A stretch of 37,398 nt of DNA, taken from positions 1-37,398 of the IMG/VR virus record IMGVR_UViG_3300032327_000277; one strand, written 5' to 3'. The notes beneath the pieces are model-generated. The model saw only the letters and a list, made by a program, of their open reading frames with translations, was not told where the DNA came from and did no database searches. This DNA is from a virus (taxonomy: Duplodnaviria; Caudoviricetes). This document shows positions 9,561-17,783 of the stretch, piece by piece (position 1 is the stretch's first letter; each line of letters begins with the position of its first letter). The position numbers were made by a program, and so were the translations under genes.

Positions 9561-9967
9561 TGCAGGGCAATGACATCAGCAACTCTTTACCGCAACGCGT
9601 TATGGTAACTGCGGATGTTATAACTGACGTTTATGAAGACCAAAAATACGTTTTAGGTTTTGTACCAGTTAAAAAGAATCGAAAAGAATATAACAGACTG
9701 GTGCTTAGTCATCTTTACATGACTAGCCTTAAACGTGGCATCACAATGGAATTGATTAGCTTCACCCATTCAGAAGATGATATGGTGAAACTTATGCTTC
9801 ATTTAGACAAAGTCGGAACGAACCCTTTTCGTTACGGAACGTCTTACAAATCGGTTGATAAGTTAGTTGCAGAACTTCCTTACAGACCAGAGGTTATCGG
9901 TGTAATAGATATCCCGTCGCGATTACTACGGTATGGACGATGGGGAATGGACTTTCCTTCATTATGA
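9560..9967 (+). CDS. Hypothetical protein, possibly degenerate HAD-fold
   Basis: Coupled ORF; alpha/beta pattern (VMVTADV, ELISFT, IGVID) without a DxD motif. Confidence 0.5.
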   Translation: MQGNDISNSLPQRVMVTADVITDVYEDQKYVLGFVPVKKNRKEYNRLVLSHLYMTSLKRGITMELISFTHSEDDMVKLMLHLDKVGTNPFRYGTSYKSVDKLVAELPYRPEVIGVIDIPSRLLRYGRWGMDFPSL

Positions 9968-11190
9968 GTACAGAAGCAAAACTATTAGGCGCGGCTATTC
10001 ATATCCGCGATTTATCCCCGCTATTCGAGCGCGGAGTATCTGACCAGTGGTTCTCTAACGATGACGACAAACGGGTCTGGGTATTCCTACGAACTCACTT
10101 CTCCAAGTACGGTGAGTGCCCAAGTACTGAGGTTATATCCGCTAATTTTCCTACTTATCGAATAGTAGAACTAACGGACTCGATCGACTTTCTGCTAGAT
10201 GACTTAGTAGACAGACGCCGTAAAATTTCCATTAGCAATACCCTGCGTCTCGCTGTCGAAGAAATTCAAACTAATAAAGACCACGAGTCTGCACTGCTTC
10301 TTATGCAGCATGGTTTGGTAAAGCTTGAAGAAGAAGGCCTCAACCAAACTTCAGACGTCAACCTAGTTCAAACAACTGAGTCTCGCTGGGAAGACTATCT
10401 CTTTCGTAAGAACAATCCAGGACTACTCGGAATTGCCACAGGATTTCCTACCATTGATGCGGTTACTAATGGGCTTCAAAATGGTCAGCTAATTGTTATT
10501 GTAGCTACCCCGAAAACTGGTAAATCTACTTTGGCTTTGCAGATTGCTAACAACATTCACAAGCAAGGAATGTCTCCGATGTTTCAGTCATTTGAGATGA
10601 CAAACCGTGAACAGCAAGATCGCTATGACTCAATGCGTGCCCTGGTGTCCCATAACCGCCTCATCACAGGTCAGCTAAACTCTGAAGAAGAAAAGCGATA
10701 TAAAGAATCGCTAGAACTAATGGCGGATGACCCAGCTAACTTTTGGCTTGTAGACTCTGCCCACGGAATTACCACCTCTGCTATCCATAGCAAGGTTCAA
10801 ACTATACAACCAGATGTTATTTTTATTGACGGTGTGTACCTTATGCTTGATGAAAACACAGGAGAGTCAAATACTCCTCAAGCTTTGACAGGTATTACTC
10901 GTTCTTTAAAGCGCTTAGCTCAGAAGACTAATAAGCCAGTTATCATTACTACACAGGCGTTGAACTGGAAAGCCAAAAAGGGTAAAGTAACCACTGACTC
11001 AATCGGTTATTCCTCGTCATTCCTACAAGACGCTGACGTAGTGTTCGGTCTTGAGCGTGAAGACGAAAACGTAGACGATACTAGGACGCTGAAGGTAATG
11101 GCATCTCGTCAAAGTGGCAATGTAGAAGCTTCCCTTATGTGGGACTGGTCTACTGGCCTATTCCGTGAGATGAGCAGTGACGACGTATGA
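9964..11190 (+). CDS. dnaB: Replicative DnaB-like helicase
   Basis: Walker A ATPKTGKST, SFEM, IFIDG, QDADVV; start moved to ATGA overlap at 9964. Confidence 0.93.
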   Translation: MSTEAKLLGAAIHIRDLSPLFERGVSDQWFSNDDDKRVWVFLRTHFSKYGECPSTEVISANFPTYRIVELTDSIDFLLDDLVDRRRKISISNTLRLAVEEIQTNKDHESALLLMQHGLVKLEEEGLNQTSDVNLVQTTESRWEDYLFRKNNPGLLGIATGFPTIDAVTNGLQNGQLIVIVATPKTGKSTLALQIANNIHKQGMSPMFQSFEMTNREQQDRYDSMRALVSHNRLITGQLNSEEEKRYKESLELMADDPANFWLVDSAHGITTSAIHSKVQTIQPDVIFIDGVYLMLDENTGESNTPQALTGITRSLKRLAQKTNKPVIITTQALNWKAKKGKVTTDSIGYSSSFLQDADVVFGLEREDENVDDTRTLKVMASRQSGNVEASLMWDWSTGLFREMSSDDV

Positions 11191-12128
11191 AGCTAGAGGA
11201 AATGGAGCGCGTATTAGGGCGCTTAAACATTACTCCAATAAATACCCGAGGCTCAGAGATACTAGCTCTTTGCCCAGGTCATAAAGAGATTACTGGTAAA
11301 GAAGATAGAACTCCGTCTTGGTGGATTAACTCCGAGACAGGCGCTCATATCTGCTTTTCTTGCGGCTTTAAAGGTAACTTGTGGGCGCTCATTGCAACTG
11401 CCCAAGGGTTAAAGGATGCCAATGGTTTCTTAGACTACGCTGACGCAAAAGACTGGCTATACCTGTCTTTTGACAACTTGTCTTTAGGGACTTCAGAAGA
11501 GGACCAAGAAGAAGAGTCGATATTTAAAGAAGTTACAACGATTACCGAATCTAGACTAGCGTTGTTTACTTTCCCGCCAAAGCACGCCTTGGCAGCCCGC
11601 GGACTTACCCTGCCTGCCGCAGAGTACCACCAGTTACTTTGGGATACTGTGCACTCAAACTGGATTACTGTAATTCGTGACCCTCATTCAAATAAATTGC
11701 TTGGATGGCAGGAGAAGGGCTTTAGTCGCAGGTATTTCCGAAACTACCCAGTAGGCGTAGAGAAATCAACCACTTTGTTCGGCCTTAATAGATATAAAGG
11801 CGGTCAAATGATTGTGGTTGAATCGCCATTAGATGTCGTGCGGTTAGAGTCCATTGGTATCTCTGGGGGCGTCTCAACTTACGGGTCTATGATTTCTAAC
11901 ACTCAACTTGAGCTAATAAAAGACGCAGACGAGATAGTATTTGCTTTAGACAACGACGAATCAGGTATTAACGCATCTAAAAAAATGCTTGACCAAAGTT
12001 TTGAGGCATGGTACTTTAACTACGCCCACACTGATATGAAGGACGTCGGAGCAATGAGTAAATCTGAAATTCTTATCGGATTAGATAACGCCAAGCATTC
12101 TGTAAATGGGCTAGGCGCGCTCTCATGA
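11187..12128 (+). CDS. dnaG: DNA primase (Zn finger + Toprim)
   Basis: CPGH...CFSC zinc finger; VVESPLD and LDND Toprim motifs. Confidence 0.9.
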   Translation: MKLEEMERVLGRLNITPINTRGSEILALCPGHKEITGKEDRTPSWWINSETGAHICFSCGFKGNLWALIATAQGLKDANGFLDYADAKDWLYLSFDNLSLGTSEEDQEEESIFKEVTTITESRLALFTFPPKHALAARGLTLPAAEYHQLLWDTVHSNWITVIRDPHSNKLLGWQEKGFSRRYFRNYPVGVEKSTTLFGLNRYKGGQMIVVESPLDVVRLESIGISGGVSTYGSMISNTQLELIKDADEIVFALDNDESGINASKKMLDQSFEAWYFNYAHTDMKDVGAMSKSEILIGLDNAKHSVNGLGALS

Positions 12129-13708
12129 GCTTTGTAGGTAAACTGCTTCCATATCAGCCAGACGCTGTTGAAAAAATGTGTGCGCGTAAGAAAATGCTTG
12201 TAGCCTATGACCTAGGCTTGGGCAAAACTGTTTTGACGATTGCTGCGATAGAACAACTTATGGATGAACGCAAGGTCACAGAACCTGGTTTAGTAATCTG
12301 CTTATCAAGTCTTAAGTACCAATGGGCAGAGTCAATTAAAAAGTTTACAAATGGCTCAATGCCTTTGGTCATTGATGGCAATGCAGAACAGCGCAAAAAA
12401 CAGTACGAACGTGCTTTTAAATGGAAAACCACTGGCGTTGACTACATAATCATGAACTACGAGCAAGTAGTTAACGACTGGAACTTTGTAAGCAAACTGC
12501 CACGAGGATTTATCGTGTTAGACGAGGCTACCGCTATTAAGTCTTTTAAATCAAAACGCGCAAAAGCTACTAAAAAACTAGCAACTTGCGATTACCGATT
12601 TGCTCTCACAGGCACCCCAGTAGAAAACGGAAAGCCCGAAGAGCTGTTTAGCATTATGCAGTTTGTAGACGACTCCGTACTTGGTAGGTTCGACAAGTTT
12701 GACAGCACTTTCATAGTTAGAAATAACTGGGGTGGCGTAGATCGATACCGCAATCTTCCATTGCTTCACGAATCTATGAAATCAGCTTCTGTTAGAAAAG
12801 CTCAGAAAGACCCAGATGTAGCCCCTTTCTTGCCCTCTACTATCCACAAAGATCCTATCTATGTGCACTTAGACAGAAAAACGTCAAAGCTGTACAAGCG
12901 CATTGTAGATGACCTACTACTTGACTTAGACAACGCTCAAGAGATGTTTGGTAAATCGTTTAACGTCATGGCGCACTATGGTTACGAGAAGTCTTGGGGA
13001 GGGCGTGGAGACGAACTACAAGGTCAGGTTATGTCTAAAGTAGGCGCCCTTAAAATGCTTGCTTGTTCTCCGCAGCTGCTAAAAGTTAGCGCTAATAAAT
13101 TTAAAAGCGGTAACGGAGAAGGCTCCGCATACGCGGCTCAATTGGACGACGAAGGCTTACTCGACAGTATGTCAAATACTAAACTAGATAGTTTTGCTTC
13201 CTACGTCAAAGATTTTTTGGAACAGAACGATAAAAATAAATTAGTAGTATTTTGCTCTTATGTAGACATGGTCGATTTGATAGCGGATAAAATCGGTCGA
13301 GACATCACCGTTACCTACACAGGTCAGCTAGATGCCAAGACTAAAGAGAAACATAAAAATGCTCTTAATAATAATCCTGATACTCGCGTTATCGTTAGCT
13401 CTGATGCCGGAGGTTATGGTGTCGATCTCCCAGCGGCCAACATGCTTATTAATTATGATTTGCCTTGGTCTTCTGGTCTTGCTACTCAGCGCAATGGCCG
13501 AATTCGTCGTGCTTCTTCTGAGTGGAAGACTATTGTAATCCAGGATTTCCTTATCGCAGGGTCTATTGAAGTTCGTCAGTTTGAGGCGCTTCAACAAAAG
13601 AACGCCGTAGCAGCTGCTGTGATTGACGGCGAAGGCATTAACGCAAATGGCGGAGTAGACTTGACAATTGGCACACTTCGTGGTTTTCTATTAGATACGT
13701 CAGTATAG
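12125..13708 (+). CDS. SNF2-family helicase
   Basis: DLGLGKT, DEAT, LTGTPVEN, YDLPW, QRNGRIRR. Confidence 0.92.
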   Translation: MSFVGKLLPYQPDAVEKMCARKKMLVAYDLGLGKTVLTIAAIEQLMDERKVTEPGLVICLSSLKYQWAESIKKFTNGSMPLVIDGNAEQRKKQYERAFKWKTTGVDYIIMNYEQVVNDWNFVSKLPRGFIVLDEATAIKSFKSKRAKATKKLATCDYRFALTGTPVENGKPEELFSIMQFVDDSVLGRFDKFDSTFIVRNNWGGVDRYRNLPLLHESMKSASVRKAQKDPDVAPFLPSTIHKDPIYVHLDRKTSKLYKRIVDDLLLDLDNAQEMFGKSFNVMAHYGYEKSWGGRGDELQGQVMSKVGALKMLACSPQLLKVSANKFKSGNGEGSAYAAQLDDEGLLDSMSNTKLDSFASYVKDFLEQNDKNKLVVFCSYVDMVDLIADKIGRDITVTYTGQLDAKTKEKHKNALNNNPDTRVIVSSDAGGYGVDLPAANMLINYDLPWSSGLATQRNGRIRRASSEWKTIVIQDFLIAGSIEVRQFEALQQKNAVAAAVIDGEGINANGGVDLTIGTLRGFLLDTSV

Positions 13709-13716
13709 GAGTAAAA

Positions 13717-13950
13717 ATGACTTTTGATGAGTGGATGCAGATTGGTTTAACCAACGCTTGGTGTGGCCCTGCTGTGTGCTATACCCATGACGGTACTCCA
13801 ATGACTGGAGACGAAGAGCAGGAGCTCTATGAGTCCGATCCGTGCATCCACATAATTCGGCTTTACGAAGACGAAGACACTAAGCTTAAAGTAGAAGAAA
13901 ACCATTCACCAAGTATCTGGAGAGCAACTAATTCTGGATATGAAGTATAG
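13717..13950 (+). CDS. Small acidic protein, possible metal binder
   Basis: GGAG RBS; C-x4-C-x2-H ... C-x-H. Confidence 0.7.
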   Translation: MTFDEWMQIGLTNAWCGPAVCYTHDGTPMTGDEEQELYESDPCIHIIRLYEDEDTKLKVEENHSPSIWRATNSGYEV

Positions 13951-13961
13951 TTAGGAAAATA

Positions 13962-14096
13962 ATGGCATTGAAAAAAGGCGGAGGCCCAAAGCCCCCAGTA
14001 AAAGGCGGAAACTCTGACCGCCCAAACCAAAAAGCAAAAAAGAAGCGTCCTAAGATTTTTGACGCAATCAAGCGCAGACTTGTCACTAAAGACTAG
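13962..14096 (+). CDS. 44-aa highly basic peptide
   Basis: AGGA RBS; MALKKGGGPKPPVKGGNSDRPNQKAKKKRPKIFDAIKRRLVTKD*. Confidence 0.65.
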   Translation: MALKKGGGPKPPVKGGNSDRPNQKAKKKRPKIFDAIKRRLVTKD

Positions 14097-14105
14097 TAAA
14101 GGCAT

Positions 14106-14131
14106 TTTACATATAACGTCTTATATGTAAA
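14106..14131. repeat. Perfect 11-bp inverted repeat
   Basis: TTTACATATAA-cgtc-TTATATGTAAA. Confidence 0.8.
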
Positions 14132-14151
14132 GTAATTTCAAATTTCTTTAC

Positions 14152-14193
14152 AAAAAAGCCCCCTAGCAAATAGCTAGGGGGCTTTTTATTTTT
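14152..14193. terminator. Bidirectional intrinsic terminator
   Basis: AAAAAA-GCCCCCTAGC-aaata-GCTAGGGGGC-TTTTT between convergent genes. Confidence 0.9.
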
Positions 14194-14198
14194 AAAGC

Positions 14199-14537
14199 TT
14201 ATTTATCGTCAAACAACTCTGATAAGTCACCAAAGCTAGTTAGGTCTTCGGCATCAAGCTTAGAAGTCTTTACGGCTTCTGCTACTGACTTATTCTCAGC
14301 AGACTGCTTTGCTACAGCTGCGCGGAAACCCTTTTCGATATCTGCATCTGAAAGACTTGCGTCCCAAGCTAGCTGAACACCGAAGAAGATAATGATTGAT
14401 GAGAACACAGTTGCAACACCGACGAAACCGCCAGCGACCCAACCTACAGTTCCAGCGCCAACAGCGGCTCCTGGAATAAACGCAAACATAATTACACCGA
14501 GAGAACGGACTAGGACTTGCTTAAGTTTTTGTATCAT
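14199..14537 (-). CDS. Holin-like membrane protein
   Basis: Two hydrophobic segments and a charged C-tail; coupled downstream of the M23 peptidase. Confidence 0.6.
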   Translation of the reverse strand: MIQKLKQVLVRSLGVIMFAFIPGAAVGAGTVGWVAGGFVGVATVFSSIIIFFGVQLAWDASLSDADIEKGFRAAVAKQSAENKSVAEAVKTSKLDAEDLTSFGDLSELFDDK

Positions 14538-15043
14538 TATTTACCACTTTCTTTAACGCGAGGAGTTACGCTTTTTACAAGCGGGGCAGGGGCGACTACA
14601 GGAGCTGCCTTAACAGCTTTCTTCTGGTCTGCAATGTGCTTTACGATAAAGCCGTAAGCATCGTATACTTTGCCAGAGAACACGCCTAATTTTTCTAGGC
14701 TTAATGTTAGATGAAGGTGAACTCCAGCTGAGGCGGATCCAGTGTTTCCTGCGTGACCGATAACATCACCAGAAGAAACAGTTTCTCCTACTTTGCGGGT
14801 AGAAGGTTTTGACATGTGGCAATAGCCAAAGAAGTATTTTCCTACCTGAAGAACTAAAACGTTACCAAGAACGTCGCTCCACTGATTAGCCACAACTTTG
14901 CCGTCATTAACTGCAAGAAGGTTTTCACCTTCGGCAAACCCGTTGTAATCCACGCCGCGATGCCCATTAGGGTGCAAAGAATCTTTAACGCCAAACTTCG
15001 GACCTAGTTTGACTTTTTTTATAGGCTGAGCCCAGTTTCCCAT
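14537..15043 (-). CDS. M23 peptidase (endolysin candidate)
   Basis: HRGVD (HxxxD), YCHM, GNTGSASAGVHLH (HxH). Confidence 0.9.
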   Translation of the reverse strand: MGNWAQPIKKVKLGPKFGVKDSLHPNGHRGVDYNGFAEGENLLAVNDGKVVANQWSDVLGNVLVLQVGKYFFGYCHMSKPSTRKVGETVSSGDVIGHAGNTGSASAGVHLHLTLSLEKLGVFSGKVYDAYGFIVKHIADQKKAVKAAPVVAPAPLVKSVTPRVKESGK

Positions 15044-15113
15044 AATATTCCTTTCGGGGGGTCTATACTATTGTCGCTTATTAGCGCAAACAACGCAGTA
15101 GGAACGTAAATTT

Positions 15114-15124
15114 TGTGATAGAGT
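15114..15124 (+). promoter_or_regulatory. Extended -10 promoter (TGn-TANNNT)
   Basis: TGTGATAGAGT; similar motifs at 24971, 27893, 30930, all intergenic. Confidence 0.5.
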
Positions 15125-15200
15125 GAATTCCACAACTGAATAGAATGTCACTTTGACAATAAACGACCAAGAACTAAAGAAATGAAAGCGAGGTCGCTAA

Positions 15201-15779
15201 ATGAAGAAGTTCATTGCAATTGCAGCCCTGCTAACGACATTGGCAGGTTGCTCTGCCTCTAGTGCAGTCGCTGCAGAAAAAGTAGAGAAAGTCTCTACGG
15301 CTACCGATATGGTAGGACAGGGATTGTGGAATCCCTTGAGTTTTAGCTCAATAATTTTGGCAAAAAAGAAAGCAATTATTGCTGAAAAACTTGCGGCTAA
15401 TACTTTTCATGTAATATCCGTTTCTCAACAGCTACACAAATACGTAAACAAAACCTGGTATGTTTTTTCGGGCAACACCCCACAAGGTTGGGATTGCTCA
15501 GGCCTAGTTATGTGGTATTATCAGCAATTACGAATTACCTTGTATCACAGCGCTTACGTGCAGAAGCACACTAGAAAACCTCATAGGTATTCAGAAGCAA
15601 AGGCTAAAATAGGAGACATTATCGGGTTTCCAGGCCACGTCGGTATTTACGTAGGAAATGGTTATATGATTCATGCTCCTCACCCAGGAGCTAAGACTCA
15701 AAGAATTAAAGTTACTAAATGGGCTAAAGAAAATTGGACCACAGACGTAACCTACACTAGAATTATCCGTACAAGTTAG
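15201..15779 (+). CDS. NlpC/P60 cell-wall peptidase, predicted lipoprotein
   Basis: Signal peptide with lipobox LAGC; WDCSG, GHVGIY, MIHA. Confidence 0.9.
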   Translation: MKKFIAIAALLTTLAGCSASSAVAAEKVEKVSTATDMVGQGLWNPLSFSSIILAKKKAIIAEKLAANTFHVISVSQQLHKYVNKTWYVFSGNTPQGWDCSGLVMWYYQQLRITLYHSAYVQKHTRKPHRYSEAKAKIGDIIGFPGHVGIYVGNGYMIHAPHPGAKTQRIKVTKWAKENWTTDVTYTRIIRTS

Positions 15780-15800
15780 ATATACTAATTAACGAGGAAC

Positions 15801-15851
15801 CAGTGTAAGGGTTTCTTACCCTGCCACTTGGTAGCTAGAAACTACTAAGTG
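15801..15851 (+). ncRNA. Two-hairpin structured leader of tRNA cluster
   Basis: AGGGT/ACCCT (15808-22) and CACTTGGTAG/CTACTAAGTG (15825-51); TATACT at 15781. Confidence 0.35.
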
Positions 15852-15856
15852 TGCAA

Positions 15857-15929
15857 TGGCCCATAGCTCAGTTGGCAGAGCGCCTCGCTGTTAACGAGGA
15901 TGTCGGAGGTTCGAGCCCTCCTGGACCAG
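15857..15929 (+). tRNA. tRNA-Asn(GUU)
   Basis: Cloverleaf; CCTCG-ctGTTaa-CGAGG; GGTTCGAGCC T-arm; one C-A acceptor mismatch; CCA not encoded. Confidence 0.92.
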
Positions 15930-15931
15930 CG

Positions 15932-15973
15932 TAGGCTTGTTAGTTGCCTAATGCCTAGCAGAAAAAACTAACA
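15932..15973 (+). ncRNA. H-type pseudoknot in tRNA spacer
   Basis: S1 TAGGC(15932-36)/GCCTA(15946-50); S2 TGTTAGTT(15938-45)/AACTAACA(15966-73). Confidence 0.5.
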
Positions 15974-15975
15974 TT

Positions 15976-16047
15976 GCCCCAGTAACTCAGTGGTAGAGTG
16001 CAATACTTGTAATATTGACGTCGGGAGTTCAATCCTCTCCTGGGGCT
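15976..16047 (+). tRNA. tRNA-Thr(UGU)
   Basis: GCCCCAG/CTGGGGC acceptor; CAATA-ctTGTaa-TATTG; TTCAATC T-loop. Confidence 0.93.
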
Positions 16048-16074
16048 CCGTTATGTACTATACTGAAACTACTG

Positions 16075-16147
16075 CCTCCAGTATTCCAATGGCAGAGAAA
16101 GACGACTTAAAATCGTTACAGTGTCGGTTCGAGTCCGACCTGGAGGA
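16075..16147 (+). tRNA. tRNA-Leu(UAA) with short variable loop
   Basis: CCTCCAG/CTGGAGG acceptor, A73; GACGA-ctTAAaa-TCGTT; variable region only ACAGT; GTCGG-TTCGAGT-CCGAC. Confidence 0.88.
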
Positions 16148-16166
16148 CTAACATAAGGAGAATAAT

Positions 16167-16868
16167 ATGAAAATAATATTTCGTTCAAACATGACTGTTC
16201 AACTAATTGATTCGATGGGAAGTGATTCTAGTGTTGCGATGGCTGCTCGTGTATCAACTGGTGGCAATACTGCTGATACTGACTCTAGCAAAGATGCTGG
16301 GCTAATCAACTACCTGATGAGGGACCGTCACGGGTCTCCATTTGAGCACAATGCTTTTACTTTCTTTGTGGAAGCCCCTATCTTTGTGTTCCGTGAGTTC
16401 ATGCGTCACCGAATTGCTTCTTATAATGAAGAGTCGGGACGCTACAAGCAGCTAGAACCTGCCTTCTATGTCCCAGACGATAACCGCAAGCTTATTCAAG
16501 TTGGCAAGCCTGGAGCATATCAGTTTATTGAGGGAAGCGACTGGCAGTACGACATTACAGTTGGTTCAATAGTCTCTACTTCTACAAAAGCATATAAAGA
16601 ATATGAGCATCTCATTGAAAACGGTATTGCTCGTGAAGTCGCCCGTATGGTACTTCCTGTAAATATCTACTCATCAATGTACGTAACTATGAACGCTAGA
16701 AGTCTAATGAATTTCCTTAGCCTCAGAGTGCTTGCTAAAGGTAGCGCTTATCCTTCATTCCCACAGCGCGAGATTGAAATGGTCGCAGAGCAGATGGAAG
16801 GTATTTTTGCCGAAAAGATGCCTGCTACTTATGCTGCATTTGTTAAGAATGGTAGAGTTGCACCATGA
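16167..16868 (+). CDS. thyX: Flavin-dependent thymidylate synthase
   Basis: HGSPFEH; RHRIASYNEESGRY (RHR-x7-S-x-R); AREVARMVLP. Confidence 0.96.
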   Translation: MKIIFRSNMTVQLIDSMGSDSSVAMAARVSTGGNTADTDSSKDAGLINYLMRDRHGSPFEHNAFTFFVEAPIFVFREFMRHRIASYNEESGRYKQLEPAFYVPDDNRKLIQVGKPGAYQFIEGSDWQYDITVGSIVSTSTKAYKEYEHLIENGIAREVARMVLPVNIYSSMYVTMNARSLMNFLSLRVLAKGSAYPSFPQREIEMVAEQMEGIFAEKMPATYAAFVKNGRVAP

Positions 16869-17074
16869 GCCACGACCCTGTAAACCACCCCACTCACTAC
16901 ACAAGTCACCCAAGTGGGGTGGAGTGCTTAGACATAACTAGGCATTATAACTTCGCTATAGGCAACGCAATTAAATACCTATGGCGAGCAGGGCTAAAAG
17001 ATGACGCTCAAATACAAGATTTAAAAAAGGCAATCTTCTATATCGAAGACGAAATAAAAAGATTATCTAAGTAG
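16865..17074 (+). CDS. DUF3310 (T7 gp1.7/SaV-like) protein
   Basis: DPVNHPTHY...GNAIKYLWRAG...DLKKA. Confidence 0.88.
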   Translation: MSHDPVNHPTHYTSHPSGVECLDITRHYNFAIGNAIKYLWRAGLKDDAQIQDLKKAIFYIEDEIKRLSK

Positions 17075-17118
17075 TGTGTTTACAGAGCGCATAGAAAAAG
17101 TTGTTTTATAATAGAACT

Positions 17119-17283
17119 ATGCCTAATGCACCCAAGACCCCAACACGTACCGTTCGTATTTCTGACGAACTTTGGTTAGCCGCTCAAAAAGAAGCCGCTA
17201 TTCAAAAAGTCACTGTAACTAGTGTGATTATTAAAGCGATAGAAGAGTTTGTTGCCGAAGGACTTGACAAACTCAATAGTTAG
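17119..17283 (+). CDS. Ribbon-helix-helix DNA-binding protein, probably leaderless
   Basis: TPTRTVRISDELW strand-helix pattern; TATAAT at 17107-12 sits 6 nt before ATG 17119. Confidence 0.8.
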   Translation: MPNAPKTPTRTVRISDELWLAAQKEAAIQKVTVTSVIIKAIEEFVAEGLDKLNS

Positions 17284-17293
17284 CATATATATT
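17264..17293 (+). promoter_or_regulatory. Sigma70/SigA-type promoter
   Basis: TTGACA (17264-69), 18 nt, TATATT (17288-93). Confidence 0.55.
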
Positions 17294-17345
17294 TGTACAG
17301 CTAAGACATAGCGTCCCTTACGAGGGTTAGACTACAGAGGTACAG

Positions 17346-17783
17346 ATGCCAATTATTAAAGATCAAGCTCCAGACGAGAGCTTAGAGTTTATCCGCAAAG
17401 AAGTTCAGCAGTACGTCTTCCTTAAAGACGAAATATCAGGGCTTGACAATAGAGTCGCCCAGCTTAAAAAAAGAATTACTAATGCCGTAGAAGACCTCGG
17501 TGAAGTAAATGAAAAAGGCAGTATCGTCTTGCCTATCAATGACCCTAAATCAGGGACTGTAAATGTAGTAAAGCAGCGTAGAGTTTCCAAAGTATTTGAC
17601 GAATCTACTGCTAATAACCTACTTAAATCAAAAAATCTTTTTGATGAATGCACACAGACCATTACTGTACTTAACCAAGACGCAGTAATGGGCGCTTACT
17701 ATGAGGGTAAGCTAACTGATGAGGACATAGAAGTTATGTTTCCTGAAAAAATTGTTTGGGCGCTGATTCTGGAGAAAAAATAA
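17346..17783 (+). CDS. Hypothetical protein with N-terminal coiled coil
   Basis: GAGG RBS; 145-aa ORF. Confidence 0.75.
   Translation: MPIIKDQAPDESLEFIRKEVQQYVFLKDEISGLDNRVAQLKKRITNAVEDLGEVNEKGSIVLPINDPKSGTVNVVKQRRVSKVFDESTANNLLKSKNLFDECTQTITVLNQDAVMGAYYEGKLTDEDIEVMFPEKIVWALILEKK

Noticed and set aside
14106-14131. Canonical dif site
   Set aside because: Arms are perfectly symmetric and do not fit the 11-6-11 XerC/XerD consensus; reported only as an unexplained palindrome
15930-15975. preQ1-I riboswitch or theta ribozyme call (AAAAAACTAA tail, position after a tRNA)
   Set aside because: Loop does not match the preQ1 consensus and no gene follows; no room for the P3/L3/P1.1 of HDV-like ribozymes. 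Kept only as a generic pseudoknot.
17305-17335. Small hairpin CCCT-tacg-AGGG in the leader of ORF 17346
   Set aside because: Only 4 firm base pairs; insufficient to call an RNA element
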